From the sequence record MH560358: a DNA stretch of 64,000 nucleotides, one strand, 5' to 3'. The notes under the pieces are model-generated. The model made no database searches. It was not told where the DNA came from and worked only from the letters and a program-made list of their open reading frames with translations. Below are positions 1-7,662 of this stretch, piece after piece. This DNA is from Escherichia virus KFS-EC. Every line of letters starts with the position of its first letter. Positions within the stretch are counted from its first letter, which is position 1. Made by a program: the position numbers and the translations under genes.

Positions 1-20
1 TGATTCATCATCTTTCATAA

Positions 21-353
21 TCAAAATTTACCGAAAATATTCTCTGTCATAATTCTTGCTTCGTCGACTATTTTCGTCATGTTCATGGTGTAGTTATGAT
101 CATTTAGTGCCTTAATGACAACGAGCAAGGAATCTAAAAACACTCGATATCGGGTATATTCTACGCTATTTGTGAATACCGATGTTTTCTCTACTTTATC
201 GATCAGATAGCCTAAAGCCGATAGCGCCTCGTTTACTTCCCTTGTTACTTTATCGGCGCTAAACAACACCGGATAAAGACGCGGTGTGATTAACCGCGCT
301 GCCTCTTTCAATTCGGTCGCTTTCCATGATTCATATTTGTCATAGTTAAACAT
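21..353 (-). CDS. hypothetical protein (110 aa)
   Basis: ATG start with AAGGAG SD; ATGA-type junction with a partial upstream ORF at 1-18. Confidence 0.55.
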   Translation of the reverse strand: MFNYDKYESWKATELKEAARLITPRLYPVLFSADKVTREVNEALSALGYLIDKVEKTSVFTNSVEYTRYRVFLDSLLVVIKALNDHNYTMNMTKIVDEARIMTENIFGKF

Positions 354-365
354 TGTATAGTCTCC

Positions 366-698
366 TTACAGATGAAAACCTGTTACGATCACCGCGTCGA
401 TCATACCGCTAGGAATAAACGGTTCGCCCTCTTTTATTTCAACTTTGAATTGATGCCATTTCGCTAATACTTCTTCCGGTACACCCAGCGATTCGGCGTC
501 TGCTTTAGTTTCATCCATAATCCAACTAGGCTGCATGAGAGCATAGTTTACATAGTCCATTTCTGGGGTCATGTCATCAATGTTAATATATTTGCAGTTG
601 ACGCGTTTCAGAATTTCAAATTCTTTATTATCAACCTGTACCATGTATAATTCAGTAGTTTCTGGAATCAGTTCCCACACAATCAGTACATTTTTCAT
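366..698 (-). CDS. hypothetical protein (110 aa)
   Basis: ATG start preceded by GAGGTGA SD; tightly packed with neighbours. Confidence 0.55.
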   Translation of the reverse strand: MKNVLIVWELIPETTELYMVQVDNKEFEILKRVNCKYINIDDMTPEMDYVNYALMQPSWIMDETKADAESLGVPEEVLAKWHQFKVEIKEGEPFIPSGMIDAVIVTGFHL

Positions 699-706
699 AG
701 TTCACC

Positions 707-1075
707 TCACTTAACAAAGATTTTCTTTAATGCTTTCAGGATCGTTGCTTCCGGCGCTTCTTCCGGTGGAGGAAGCAATTCTACCACTTCCTCTTCCAAC
801 TCGATATAGTCTACCAGATATTCTACATAGAATGCAAGTGCTTCCATGAAATTAGATGCTACATCCGATTCACCACACGCGCCTACATGCATTGTATAAA
901 CATCACTGCGATCAAGTTTGTGGATGCTTCCAAGATAGTTTCGGTTATACCAGACTTCCCACACTTTCAACTTTCCGGTTTTGGTTGCTGTTTTATAATC
1001 GGTTTCGTAATGATGCAATTGACGTTGCAAATCATTGATAATAACACATTTTTCGTAATTGTTTTGAATTTCCAT
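707..1075 (-). CDS. hypothetical protein (122 aa)
   Basis: ATG start with GAGGA SD. Confidence 0.55.
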   Translation of the reverse strand: MEIQNNYEKCVIINDLQRQLHHYETDYKTATKTGKLKVWEVWYNRNYLGSIHKLDRSDVYTMHVGACGESDVASNFMEALAFYVEYLVDYIELEEEVVELLPPPEEAPEATILKALKKIFVK

Positions 1076-1085
1076 GATGTAATCC

Positions 1086-1277
1086 TCACTTATCGTTAAG
1101 AAGTTCTAAAACTTTCTGTCGTACTTTGTCAATATTAGTTGATTCAAAAACTGTACGGTATCCCCAGCTTTGACCGTATGAGCGGTTGCAATCTCCATAT
1201 CCCCATTGTTCAACCTGATAGTATTCAAGGAATGGGTGCTGCCGAACTATGATACCATCGCGATTAAAAATTACCAT
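1086..1277 (-). CDS. hypothetical small protein (63 aa)
   Basis: ATG start with GAGGATTATATT-ATG RBS motif recurrent in this window. Confidence 0.45.
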   Translation of the reverse strand: MVIFNRDGIIVRQHPFLEYYQVEQWGYGDCNRSYGQSWGYRTVFESTNIDKVRQKVLELLNDK

Positions 1278-1300
1278 AATATAATCCTCACGTCAACAAC

Positions 1301-1582
1301 TTATTTTCGGTTGTACTTCTGCCACTTTCGGTAATACTGCTTGTAAAATTGTTTTGCGTTTTCACCATCTTTACTATACATGTTATCTACCATCAAGTCA
1401 ATAAGACCTCCCGGTGTCTGGTAGTTCCCCGCTCGGATAAGTTCTTTAATTAAATTGTCCTGATGATCTTTGTATACTACGTTAATGATGGTCTTTTCTG
1501 CTTTCTTCGTCCCGATCATCCGGTGATTAGCTTTCATCGCATCCCACCAATCTTTTGTGATCTTCATGTTATTGAATTGCAT
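1301..1582 (-). CDS. hypothetical protein (93 aa)
   Basis: ATG start with AAGAGG SD. Confidence 0.5.
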   Translation of the reverse strand: MQFNNMKITKDWWDAMKANHRMIGTKKAEKTIINVVYKDHQDNLIKELIRAGNYQTPGGLIDLMVDNMYSKDGENAKQFYKQYYRKWQKYNRK

Positions 1583-1593
1583 AATTTAACCTC

Positions 1594-2352
1594 TTACTTG
1601 CAAACGTATTGATCTACATCAATTGCGCCACCGAATGTAGGATGACGTTTTTCGAATCGAATAGTTCCGTCGTTTGGTTCGAAAACGGAGTATTCATATA
1701 GATCTTTCTTGCCAACATTCTTATAAAACCCGCCTTTAGTCATAACGGTTTCTTGTACGTTTGCTTTGTGTACGTTGTATTCATCAATGTATACAAAATC
1801 AACCATCTTCCCATTTTTAATTGTTACTTTAAGATCTCCTGGTTGGTTTCCATATTTTGCATACAGTGGGGCTTCTTTAATTTTGGTGGAAATTCCATCT
1901 TTCATACTCCACTCATAACGAACGGTGCATTGATAGGTAAAAGTTTCGACCTTCGGTTCTTCTACAACTTTTGCTTCCTGTTTCGGTTGTTCTTCGTCAA
2001 CCTTCGCAGAAGTCTCTGAATCGCTTTCCGACGCAGTTTCTTCTTTAGGTAATACATTCATCAAGTTTTGAATTTGAGCGTTATATACAGCCTCCAGTGG
2101 CTGAATCTGCCCGATATTGATCATTGTATCACGAACAGTTTTATTCCAGTTGCGTTGCTCTTGTTTAAGCGACAGATCAATCTTAACAGCCTTAACATAT
2201 ACTTCATGAAGTTTAGAATCCAGTGCGGAGATTGACTCATTGGCACAAATAAACTTCTCTGATTTGGTAGTGGCTTTAGCGCAATCAAAGGACGCAGCAT
2301 TAGCACCGAAAGCAGTAGCAGAAAGAACGATAGCAGCGATAATGTTTTTCAT
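1594..2352 (-). CDS. secreted protein with LprI/DUF1311-like N-terminal domain
   Basis: N-terminal signal peptide (MKNIIAAIVLSATAFGANA); motif FDCAKATTKSEKFICANESISALDSKL typical of lysozyme-inhibitor LprI-like domains; acidic linker; early promoter directly upstream. Confidence 0.7.
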   Translation of the reverse strand: MKNIIAAIVLSATAFGANAASFDCAKATTKSEKFICANESISALDSKLHEVYVKAVKIDLSLKQEQRNWNKTVRDTMINIGQIQPLEAVYNAQIQNLMNVLPKEETASESDSETSAKVDEEQPKQEAKVVEEPKVETFTYQCTVRYEWSMKDGISTKIKEAPLYAKYGNQPGDLKVTIKNGKMVDFVYIDEYNVHKANVQETVMTKGGFYKNVGKKDLYEYSVFEPNDGTIRFEKRHPTFGGAIDVDQYVCK

Positions 2353-2386
2353 AATATATTCCTCAATGTTTTGTCTTGATGGGAGT

Positions 2387-2415
2387 ATCTTACTACTCCC
2401 TTAATCCGGTGTCAA
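2387..2415 (-). promoter_or_regulatory. sigma70-type early promoter (TTGACA-17-TAAGAT) with inverted repeat GGGAGTA..TACTCCC over the -10
   Basis: minus-strand -35 TTGACA at 2410-2415, 17-nt spacer, -10 at 2387-2392; A/T-rich UP region; ATG of downstream gene at 2352. Confidence 0.6.
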
Positions 2416-2422
2416 CTACTTT

Positions 2423-2578
2423 TTAAATTTCTTCTACAGTAAAGTCTTCAATGTTGTTGTGCTCGGAGAACGTTGCCAGACCAGCATTCCATGCATCATC
2501 CTCAGAGAAGAATACACCGTAACGTTCATATCCTTTAGCGCCTTCAAATTTAATCATTAATTTGTGAGTATGTTTCAT
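2423..2578 (-). CDS. small early protein (51 aa)
   Basis: internal ATG chosen (AAGGAGAATCAAA-ATG); track ORF N-terminus is translated promoter sequence. Confidence 0.5.
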   Translation of the reverse strand: MKHTHKLMIKFEGAKGYERYGVFFSEDDAWNAGLATFSEHNNIEDFTVEEI

Positions 2579-2609
2579 TTTGATTCTCCTTCGTTGTCTT
2601 GATGGGTTT

Positions 2610-2638
2610 AGTATAGGGGATCGCCGATCCCCTGTCAA
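2610..2638 (-). promoter_or_regulatory. early promoter (TTGACA-17-TATACT); the 17-nt spacer is a perfect palindrome GGGGATCGGCGATCCCC
   Basis: -35 at 2633-2638, -10 at 2610-2615; near-identical copies at 41241-41270 and 50058-50086. Confidence 0.6.
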
Positions 2639-2648
2639 CATCTATTTT

Positions 2649-2861
2649 TTAATTTTTACCCGCTCGTGCATTAATACGCATTTTCTGCATAGCCATGATC
2701 TGGCTTACTGCTTCTTCTTTACGTTCTTGCGTGATAACGTGACCAGATTCCGCAAACTCTCCCGCAACTTCTTCTACGATCTCGCGAACTTGAGAACGTC
2801 CAAAGATGCGGTTTCCTTCGTAGCTCATAAATTCAGTCACTACTTGCTCAATAGATTTCAT
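2649..2861 (-). CDS. small early protein (70 aa)
   Basis: ATG with AAGGAG SD downstream of promoter. Confidence 0.5.
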   Translation of the reverse strand: MKSIEQVVTEFMSYEGNRIFGRSQVREIVEEVAGEFAESGHVITQERKEEAVSQIMAMQKMRINARAGKN

Positions 2862-2890
2862 GTGATTCTCCTTTCGTTTGGTATGGGAGT

Positions 2891-2919
2891 ATAATACTAC
2901 TCCCATTTCTTTACGTCAA
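2891..2919 (-). promoter_or_regulatory. early promoter (TTGACG-17-TATTAT) with inverted repeat GGGAGTA..TACTCCC
   Basis: -35 at 2914-2919, -10 at 2891-2896. Confidence 0.55.
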
Positions 2920-2922
2920 CAA

Positions 2923-3084
2923 CTATTTTAAATTATTTTCGACCTTCACCCATTCCGCGTATTCTTGCGCGGCTACTTTCGGATTTAGTCCGTCTTCGTA
3001 CATTGCATCAAGTAATTCTTTGTCGGTGGGCTTATACCCTAGATAAGCCTCCACCTGATTTTTCCAAATTTTATACCAGTTCAT
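2923..3084 (-). CDS. small protein (53 aa)
   Basis: ATG 5 nt after stop of upstream ORF, GGTGA SD. Confidence 0.4.
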   Translation of the reverse strand: MNWYKIWKNQVEAYLGYKPTDKELLDAMYEDGLNPKVAAQEYAEWVKVENNLK

Positions 3085-3088
3085 ATTA

Positions 3089-3361
3089 TCACCAATCAAG
3101 AGCGCGTGTCTCTGCGTCTTCCCATGCTTGATCCATAACAGCCTTGAAAACATATTCTAGAGTATCATCTTTAGAGAATCCGAAGACTTTAGACGGAATA
3201 TCTTCGATTGCTACTCCCGCAACTTCTGCATTACGCGCTTGGCAATAATGCAACTCTAAGTTATCGAGATAGCGACCGCCTAATTTCTCCATATCATCCC
3301 AGCATTTCCAGTAACCTACTTTATTTGCAATTGCTAACACTTTGCTGTTTTCGTTGCTCAT
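3089..3361 (-). CDS. small early protein (90 aa)
   Basis: ATG with AAGGAGAATCAAAG leader; promoter upstream. Confidence 0.5.
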   Translation of the reverse strand: MSNENSKVLAIANKVGYWKCWDDMEKLGGRYLDNLELHYCQARNAEVAGVAIEDIPSKVFGFSKDDTLEYVFKAVMDQAWEDAETRALDW

Positions 3362-3393
3362 CTTTGATTCTCCTTTTGTTTGGTATGTGTGTA

Positions 3394-3422
3394 TTATGCG
3401 AGGCTGGATTCGTGAAGTCAAC
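3394..3422 (-). promoter_or_regulatory. early promoter (TTGACT-17-CATAAT)
   Basis: -35 at 3417-3422; follows the terminator hairpin at 3441-3461. Confidence 0.55.
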
Positions 3423-3440
3423 AACTTTTTAAAATAAAAA

Positions 3441-3461
3441 AGCCGACCACAAGGATCGGCT
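3441..3461 (-). terminator. rho-independent terminator hairpin
   Basis: stem AGCCGA(T)CC with run of U on minus strand (A-run 3431-3440 on plus). Confidence 0.6.
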
Positions 3462-3471
3462 TAATAATCAG

Positions 3472-3867
3472 TTACTTACTAAATTTCTTTTTGGCTTCGT
3501 CTACCGCATGAGATGCCAGTACCGCAGCCGCATGTGCACTTTTATCTGTGTTGCAGAGAACGCCCAGATAAACATCACGCCAAAGTTTAATCATCTCGTA
3601 GATCATATCAATATCATTTTCTTGTTTGTTGGCGATGCTATTCGTCGTTATCTGGTAAGGTAACGGCTTGATCTGTACTGGTTCCGCCATCGGGCTAATC
3701 GGTTTCGGATCAGTCATAATAGGTGCTGTTGTGGGTGGTGTTTTCCATACATCATTATTCCACGGTTTAATCGTTGTGTCGTAAAGTTTATAAGGATTTT
3801 TGTCTGGGTCAACCATCCATGCATGATGAGTACCCAAACCATTTGAAGTGATGCGTCGTTCAGTCAT
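3472..3867 (-). CDS. hypothetical protein (131 aa), Pro-rich
   Basis: ATG with GGAGGG SD. Confidence 0.5.
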   Translation of the reverse strand: MTERRITSNGLGTHHAWMVDPDKNPYKLYDTTIKPWNNDVWKTPPTTAPIMTDPKPISPMAEPVQIKPLPYQITTNSIANKQENDIDMIYEMIKLWRDVYLGVLCNTDKSAHAAAVLASHAVDEAKKKFSK

Positions 3868-4063
3868 ACTTTCCCTCCAAAAATTCTTTCATCAAATAGT
3901 CTATCGTTGCTCTGTGTTCTGGTGTGTTTGTTATCTCTGCTAACTTATTCAGAGATTCAATAGTGATCCGGTTGGCTTCTTCCATAGTCTCAACGACCAT
4001 TGGCACAATCTTTTTATTGTTGTACACAAATGCAATATAACCGCCTTCTGGATATTCTTTCAT
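3860..4063 (-). CDS. hypothetical protein (67 aa)
   Basis: ATG 2 nt after gp52 stop, AAGAAGGG SD; track start is TTG. Confidence 0.45.
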   Translation of the reverse strand: MKEYPEGGYIAFVYNNKKIVPMVVETMEEANRITIESLNKLAEITNTPEHRATIDYLMKEFLEGKYD

Positions 4064-4065
4064 AA

Positions 4066-5412
4066 TCAACCCTTCTTAAGTTCTTTAAGATCTTTCTTAT
4101 ATTCCTTCATTGCGGTCGTCTTTGTCCAATACTCATATTCACTATGATGTTTATCGGCATCTTTGACCAGTCGATCATACTCTTCTTGAGTAACGCTATA
4201 TAATGGCATAGAAACTAGCTTATCGGCGTATGGACGCAGTTTTTCATGTCCATTTATGGATTGCATTACCTCGGCCTTTTTCTTGCCCTGTAGCTCGATT
4301 TCGCCCTTAATTACGCGATCGATAAATTCGGCTTTAGCCATTGCATAATTGTATGCTTCCAGCGTTTCCGCTTGCATCAATTCAATGCGTTTATCGACAT
4401 ACCCTAATCGGATTTCGACGAATCGACGGATCAGATCGCTCGCTTTCTCGAATACTTCTACTAAACCACGTTCGTTAACTACTACGATATTCTGGGCTAC
4501 TAACTGCGTTAGTTTAAAATCCTTCATGATTTGCTCATGTCGAGCGGATTCATCTTCGCTTTTGAAATAATCGCGTTTCAGTGTTACTTCAAATCTGAAT
4601 CCGTCCTTAGAGCAACGGTCATTATACGATACAATCAGATCTTTTTCTTCCAGTGCATCCAGTACCGCTACATATTCTTCACGGTCGAACTTATAAGGAA
4701 CTTCTGATATTGTCAGTTTAGTCTTGCCGTTTAGTTCATATGTACCCTCAAGAATCACACCATCGCGATCATCTCGCGGGATAACTTTACCTGTGAATTT
4801 CGGGAATTGAACACTAGGTTCTTTATCCAGTTTTCCGGCAAGTGCTAGCTCTGTGCATTCAATAAGGCTTTCCAGTGAATGCGGTAAAATGTCAGTTTTA
4901 TACCCTGTAGCAATACCACTAATACCATTAGCCAATACCATTGGCACAACTGGCAAGTAGAAAGCTGGCGGGATGTGTTCCAGATCTTCGTGCTTAGGTG
5001 CGCAATTCATATCTTTATAGATTTTAAAGAAGTTTTCATGCACACGAGCAAAGATATAACGTGCCGCACCTGCTTTCTGGACTAAACGCGATCCGAAGTT
5101 ACCTTGACCGTCAAGCAGTGGAGTATTATTGCTCCATGTATTCGCCATGAGTGATCCGGCTTCTACGGCATTAGTTTCCCCGTGGTGATAACCCAACTCA
5201 GCAACACCAGATCCAATATCTGCCATCTTACGGAATTTCTTACGGTCGCCTTTACTCTTTTGCAAAGCACATTCCATAACAAAGCGTTGCACTGGTTTAA
5301 GTCCGTCTACCAATTGAGGAATCCCGCGTTCCTCGGCAGAATAGATCGCATATTCCTTAGCTTCATTATGTACAATGCTTTCAAGGCTGCGGTAAGTAAC
5401 TGATTTATTCAT
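4066..5412 (-). CDS. 52: DNA topoisomerase II medium subunit (GyrA-like), gp52
   Basis: strong similarity to T4 gp52 as recalled (PVQRFV, GYHHGE, LLDGQGNFGS motifs); start set at internal ATG, track start is GTG. Confidence 0.9.
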   Translation of the reverse strand: MNKSVTYRSLESIVHNEAKEYAIYSAEERGIPQLVDGLKPVQRFVMECALQKSKGDRKKFRKMADIGSGVAELGYHHGETNAVEAGSLMANTWSNNTPLLDGQGNFGSRLVQKAGAARYIFARVHENFFKIYKDMNCAPKHEDLEHIPPAFYLPVVPMVLANGISGIATGYKTDILPHSLESLIECTELALAGKLDKEPSVQFPKFTGKVIPRDDRDGVILEGTYELNGKTKLTISEVPYKFDREEYVAVLDALEEKDLIVSYNDRCSKDGFRFEVTLKRDYFKSEDESARHEQIMKDFKLTQLVAQNIVVVNERGLVEVFEKASDLIRRFVEIRLGYVDKRIELMQAETLEAYNYAMAKAEFIDRVIKGEIELQGKKKAEVMQSINGHEKLRPYADKLVSMPLYSVTQEEYDRLVKDADKHHSEYEYWTKTTAMKEYKKDLKELKKG

Positions 5413-5419
5413 CTTCACC

Positions 5420-5782
5420 TCATACACGCTTACAAATCACATTCTTTACTTTATCAGATTTATCAGCCCAATCCAATAGCCATTTTAACGGAAGGATTGA
5501 AACAATAAACGGGGCAGCAATCAAAGCAAACATGATACACCGGATAATCAGGAAAGCGCAAGTAACAAAGCTAGCGATACTGATCCCGACAAAACAAAAT
5601 ACCATAGAAAACAGAGTAATGATATAGAAAGGCCAGAATACCCACTCCCGCATCTTAACGCCTTTGTATTCTCTGAATTGCTTAAAATCTACAAACAACT
5701 CTCGGATAGACGCATACAGGACCGAAAAATCATCTTTCATTGCTCTGAATGAGCAATCTTCTATTTTAGAATGACCTAGCAT
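5420..5782 (-). CDS. membrane protein (120 aa)
   Basis: two to three hydrophobic helices in C-terminal half. Confidence 0.5.
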   Translation of the reverse strand: MLGHSKIEDCSFRAMKDDFSVLYASIRELFVDFKQFREYKGVKMREWVFWPFYIITLFSMVFCFVGISIASFVTCAFLIIRCIMFALIAAPFIVSILPLKWLLDWADKSDKVKNVICKRV

Positions 5783-5784
5783 TA

Positions 5785-6078
5785 TTAACCGCCTTTCATC
5801 ATTGATACTGGAATTGTTTTCTGATTTGTGTATAATTGGCCTACTTCAATTTTTTCTTGAATCACCACGACGTTACAATATCCACTGTCTTTAAGTTTTC
5901 TGATAATGACTCGCTTTTGTTCGTCGGTAATAGGATTGACTGTTCTCACCAATTCACCGCAAATAATAGCACCATCTTTACAATTACCAGTAACTTTCAT
6001 GCTACGACCGTGAACAACAACCACGTCACCGTAAATCACATTTTCGTCGTCGTATTTGGTAATAACCGTTACCGTCAT
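5785..6078 (-). CDS. hypothetical protein (97 aa)
   Basis: ATG with AGAGGGAA SD just after terminator. Confidence 0.5.
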   Translation of the reverse strand: MTVTVITKYDDENVIYGDVVVVHGRSMKVTGNCKDGAIICGELVRTVNPITDEQKRVIIRKLKDSGYCNVVVIQEKIEVGQLYTNQKTIPVSMMKGG

Positions 6079-6097
6079 AATGTATTCCCTCTAAGAA

Positions 6098-6116
6098 AGG
6101 CCGCGCAAAGCGGCCT
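6098..6116 (-). terminator. rho-independent terminator hairpin
   Basis: GGCCGC-loop-GCGGCC stem followed by U-rich tract on minus strand. Confidence 0.55.
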
Positions 6117-6123
6117 ATGTTGA

Positions 6124-6450
6124 TTATTGTTCTACAGTATAGCCGTTGTTTTCAAGCCATGCAATAACAATCTTTTCACCAATTTCATCGAGCATTTCAT
6201 CAGCGCCATATTCTTTGATGAAAATCGATGGATCATTATTGCTTACTACGTGCTGGATCACAACATGTTCAGGAATTGCGTCTAGCAGTTCGCTATGATC
6301 ATACTCATTAACGATATCTTCAACACTAACACTATTAACCAAATCAACATCATCCATAGTCACAGTAACGCGACCGGACGGACGAAGTGAATATTGGCTA
6401 CTTTCAACTTCAACATGTGCACTTTCGCAAGTAACTTTCATATCAACCAT
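6124..6450 (-). CDS. acidic hypothetical protein (108 aa)
   Basis: ATG with AGAGGAA SD. Confidence 0.5.
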   Translation of the reverse strand: MVDMKVTCESAHVEVESSQYSLRPSGRVTVTMDDVDLVNSVSVEDIVNEYDHSELLDAIPEHVVIQHVVSNNDPSIFIKEYGADEMLDEIGEKIVIAWLENNGYTVEQ

Positions 6451-6464
6451 AATTAATTCCTCTG

Positions 6465-7457
6465 TTAGTAATGGCTAAAACCTTCGGTTACATCTTCAAC
6501 CACATAGTAACGATGACAGCGCATTTTGGCATTCGCATAATCTTTCGGAATACTTACAACATGACGCGGATCAACTTTACATTTAATGATTCGGCCTCTT
6601 CCACCGCCATAGTGCGGAATATAGTGTTTCGCTGCAACGTGGAGGCCATTAGAGCAAGTGCGATCATCATCTGGGTCCACGTCTTTACGCTTCATTTTAA
6701 CCGTGCGCCCTGGGCTATTATCAAACGTATGCGTAAAGAAATCTTTATAATCAACATCAACACGTTTCCATGCATAGAAACAACCATCTTCCCCGATCTC
6801 AATGTCGTTGTGCTCTAAGAAGTCAAACAGACGATCTACGGCCTTACGGCTAGGGTTTTTCTTGCACTTCTCAAAGAAGTTCAGATAGTGCGTATATGGC
6901 TTATTCTCTTTAATCGACTCCACAACTCGACGAGTCAGATTATTATCAAGAACAATATTATGATAATACACAATACCATTTTCGATACGGAAAGCGCCGT
7001 GATAATATACTTCAACCGCTTTCTTAATGTCAATCAGCGTAATTGCTTTAATAAAATCATTCTGCTTAACCGCTTCCAGTGCTTCATTAAAGTTAACATG
7101 TGATGGATCAGCAGTATAAACAATGTCACCACATGTAATAGTAATAAACTTAGTTGAGGCTATGGCTACGATTTTTGAGGAAGTAGTCACGGGCTTTTTT
7201 GCGCGTTCACCGCCTTTTCCTTTACTGGTTTTACGGCGTGCTTTACGTTTTTCTAGTGCCTTGCGACCTTCCGCTACTGCGTCTTTCTGAATCAGTAATA
7301 CGCGGGAAGCAGTACGACGAGATACACCAAATGCTGCCGCAAGTGCTTCGCGGGTAGTAAACTTACCTTCGCCCCACTGTTTAGCCAGTTTGATTTGTTT
7401 TTCAGAATCCAGGCATTGAACGTTACGGTCAGAGACGGTGATTTTTGCTTTAGTCAT
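6465..7457 (-). CDS. rIIB: RIIB (rapid-lysis / membrane integrity protector B)
   Basis: C-terminal two-thirds closely matches T4 rIIB as recalled (SRLFDFL, TFDNSPG, HPR.VVSIP.DY.DAKMR); N-terminal HTH. Confidence 0.85.
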   Translation of the reverse strand: MTKAKITVSDRNVQCLDSEKQIKLAKQWGEGKFTTREALAAAFGVSRRTASRVLLIQKDAVAEGRKALEKRKARRKTSKGKGGERAKKPVTTSSKIVAIASTKFITITCGDIVYTADPSHVNFNEALEAVKQNDFIKAITLIDIKKAVEVYYHGAFRIENGIVYYHNIVLDNNLTRRVVESIKENKPYTHYLNFFEKCKKNPSRKAVDRLFDFLEHNDIEIGEDGCFYAWKRVDVDYKDFFTHTFDNSPGRTVKMKRKDVDPDDDRTCSNGLHVAAKHYIPHYGGGRGRIIKCKVDPRHVVSIPKDYANAKMRCHRYYVVEDVTEGFSHY

Positions 7458-7519
7458 AGTATTCATTCCTCTATTAGTTGGGCGACTATCGCCGCCCGAT
7501 TCACATCATTATACCAGAA

Positions 7520-7651
7520 TTATTTTGCTTCGACAACCTTGCGGATTGTGCGGTCTGATACATTATAGATTCGTGCCAGTTCGCCTTTAGTCAAGCCGCG
7601 AGCGTATTGTTTACGGATGGTTTCTTTCTGGATAGCGGTCAGTTTAGTCAT
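7520..7651 (-). CDS. 43-aa helix-turn-helix mini-protein resembling the rIIB N-terminal domain
   Basis: hand-translated MTKLTAIQKETIRKQYARGLTKGELARIYNVSDRTIRKVVEAK; AGAGGTGA SD overlapping rIIA stop; not in ORF track (below 60 aa). Confidence 0.45.
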   Translation of the reverse strand: MTKLTAIQKETIRKQYARGLTKGELARIYNVSDRTIRKVVEAK

Positions 7652-7662
7652 AATATCACCTC

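Noticed and set aside
1-4065. MotA/AsiA middle-transcription genes expected next to gene 52
   Set aside because: None of the small ORFs in this interval resembles MotA or AsiA as I recall them; either they lie outside the window or this phage lacks them, so no call was made.
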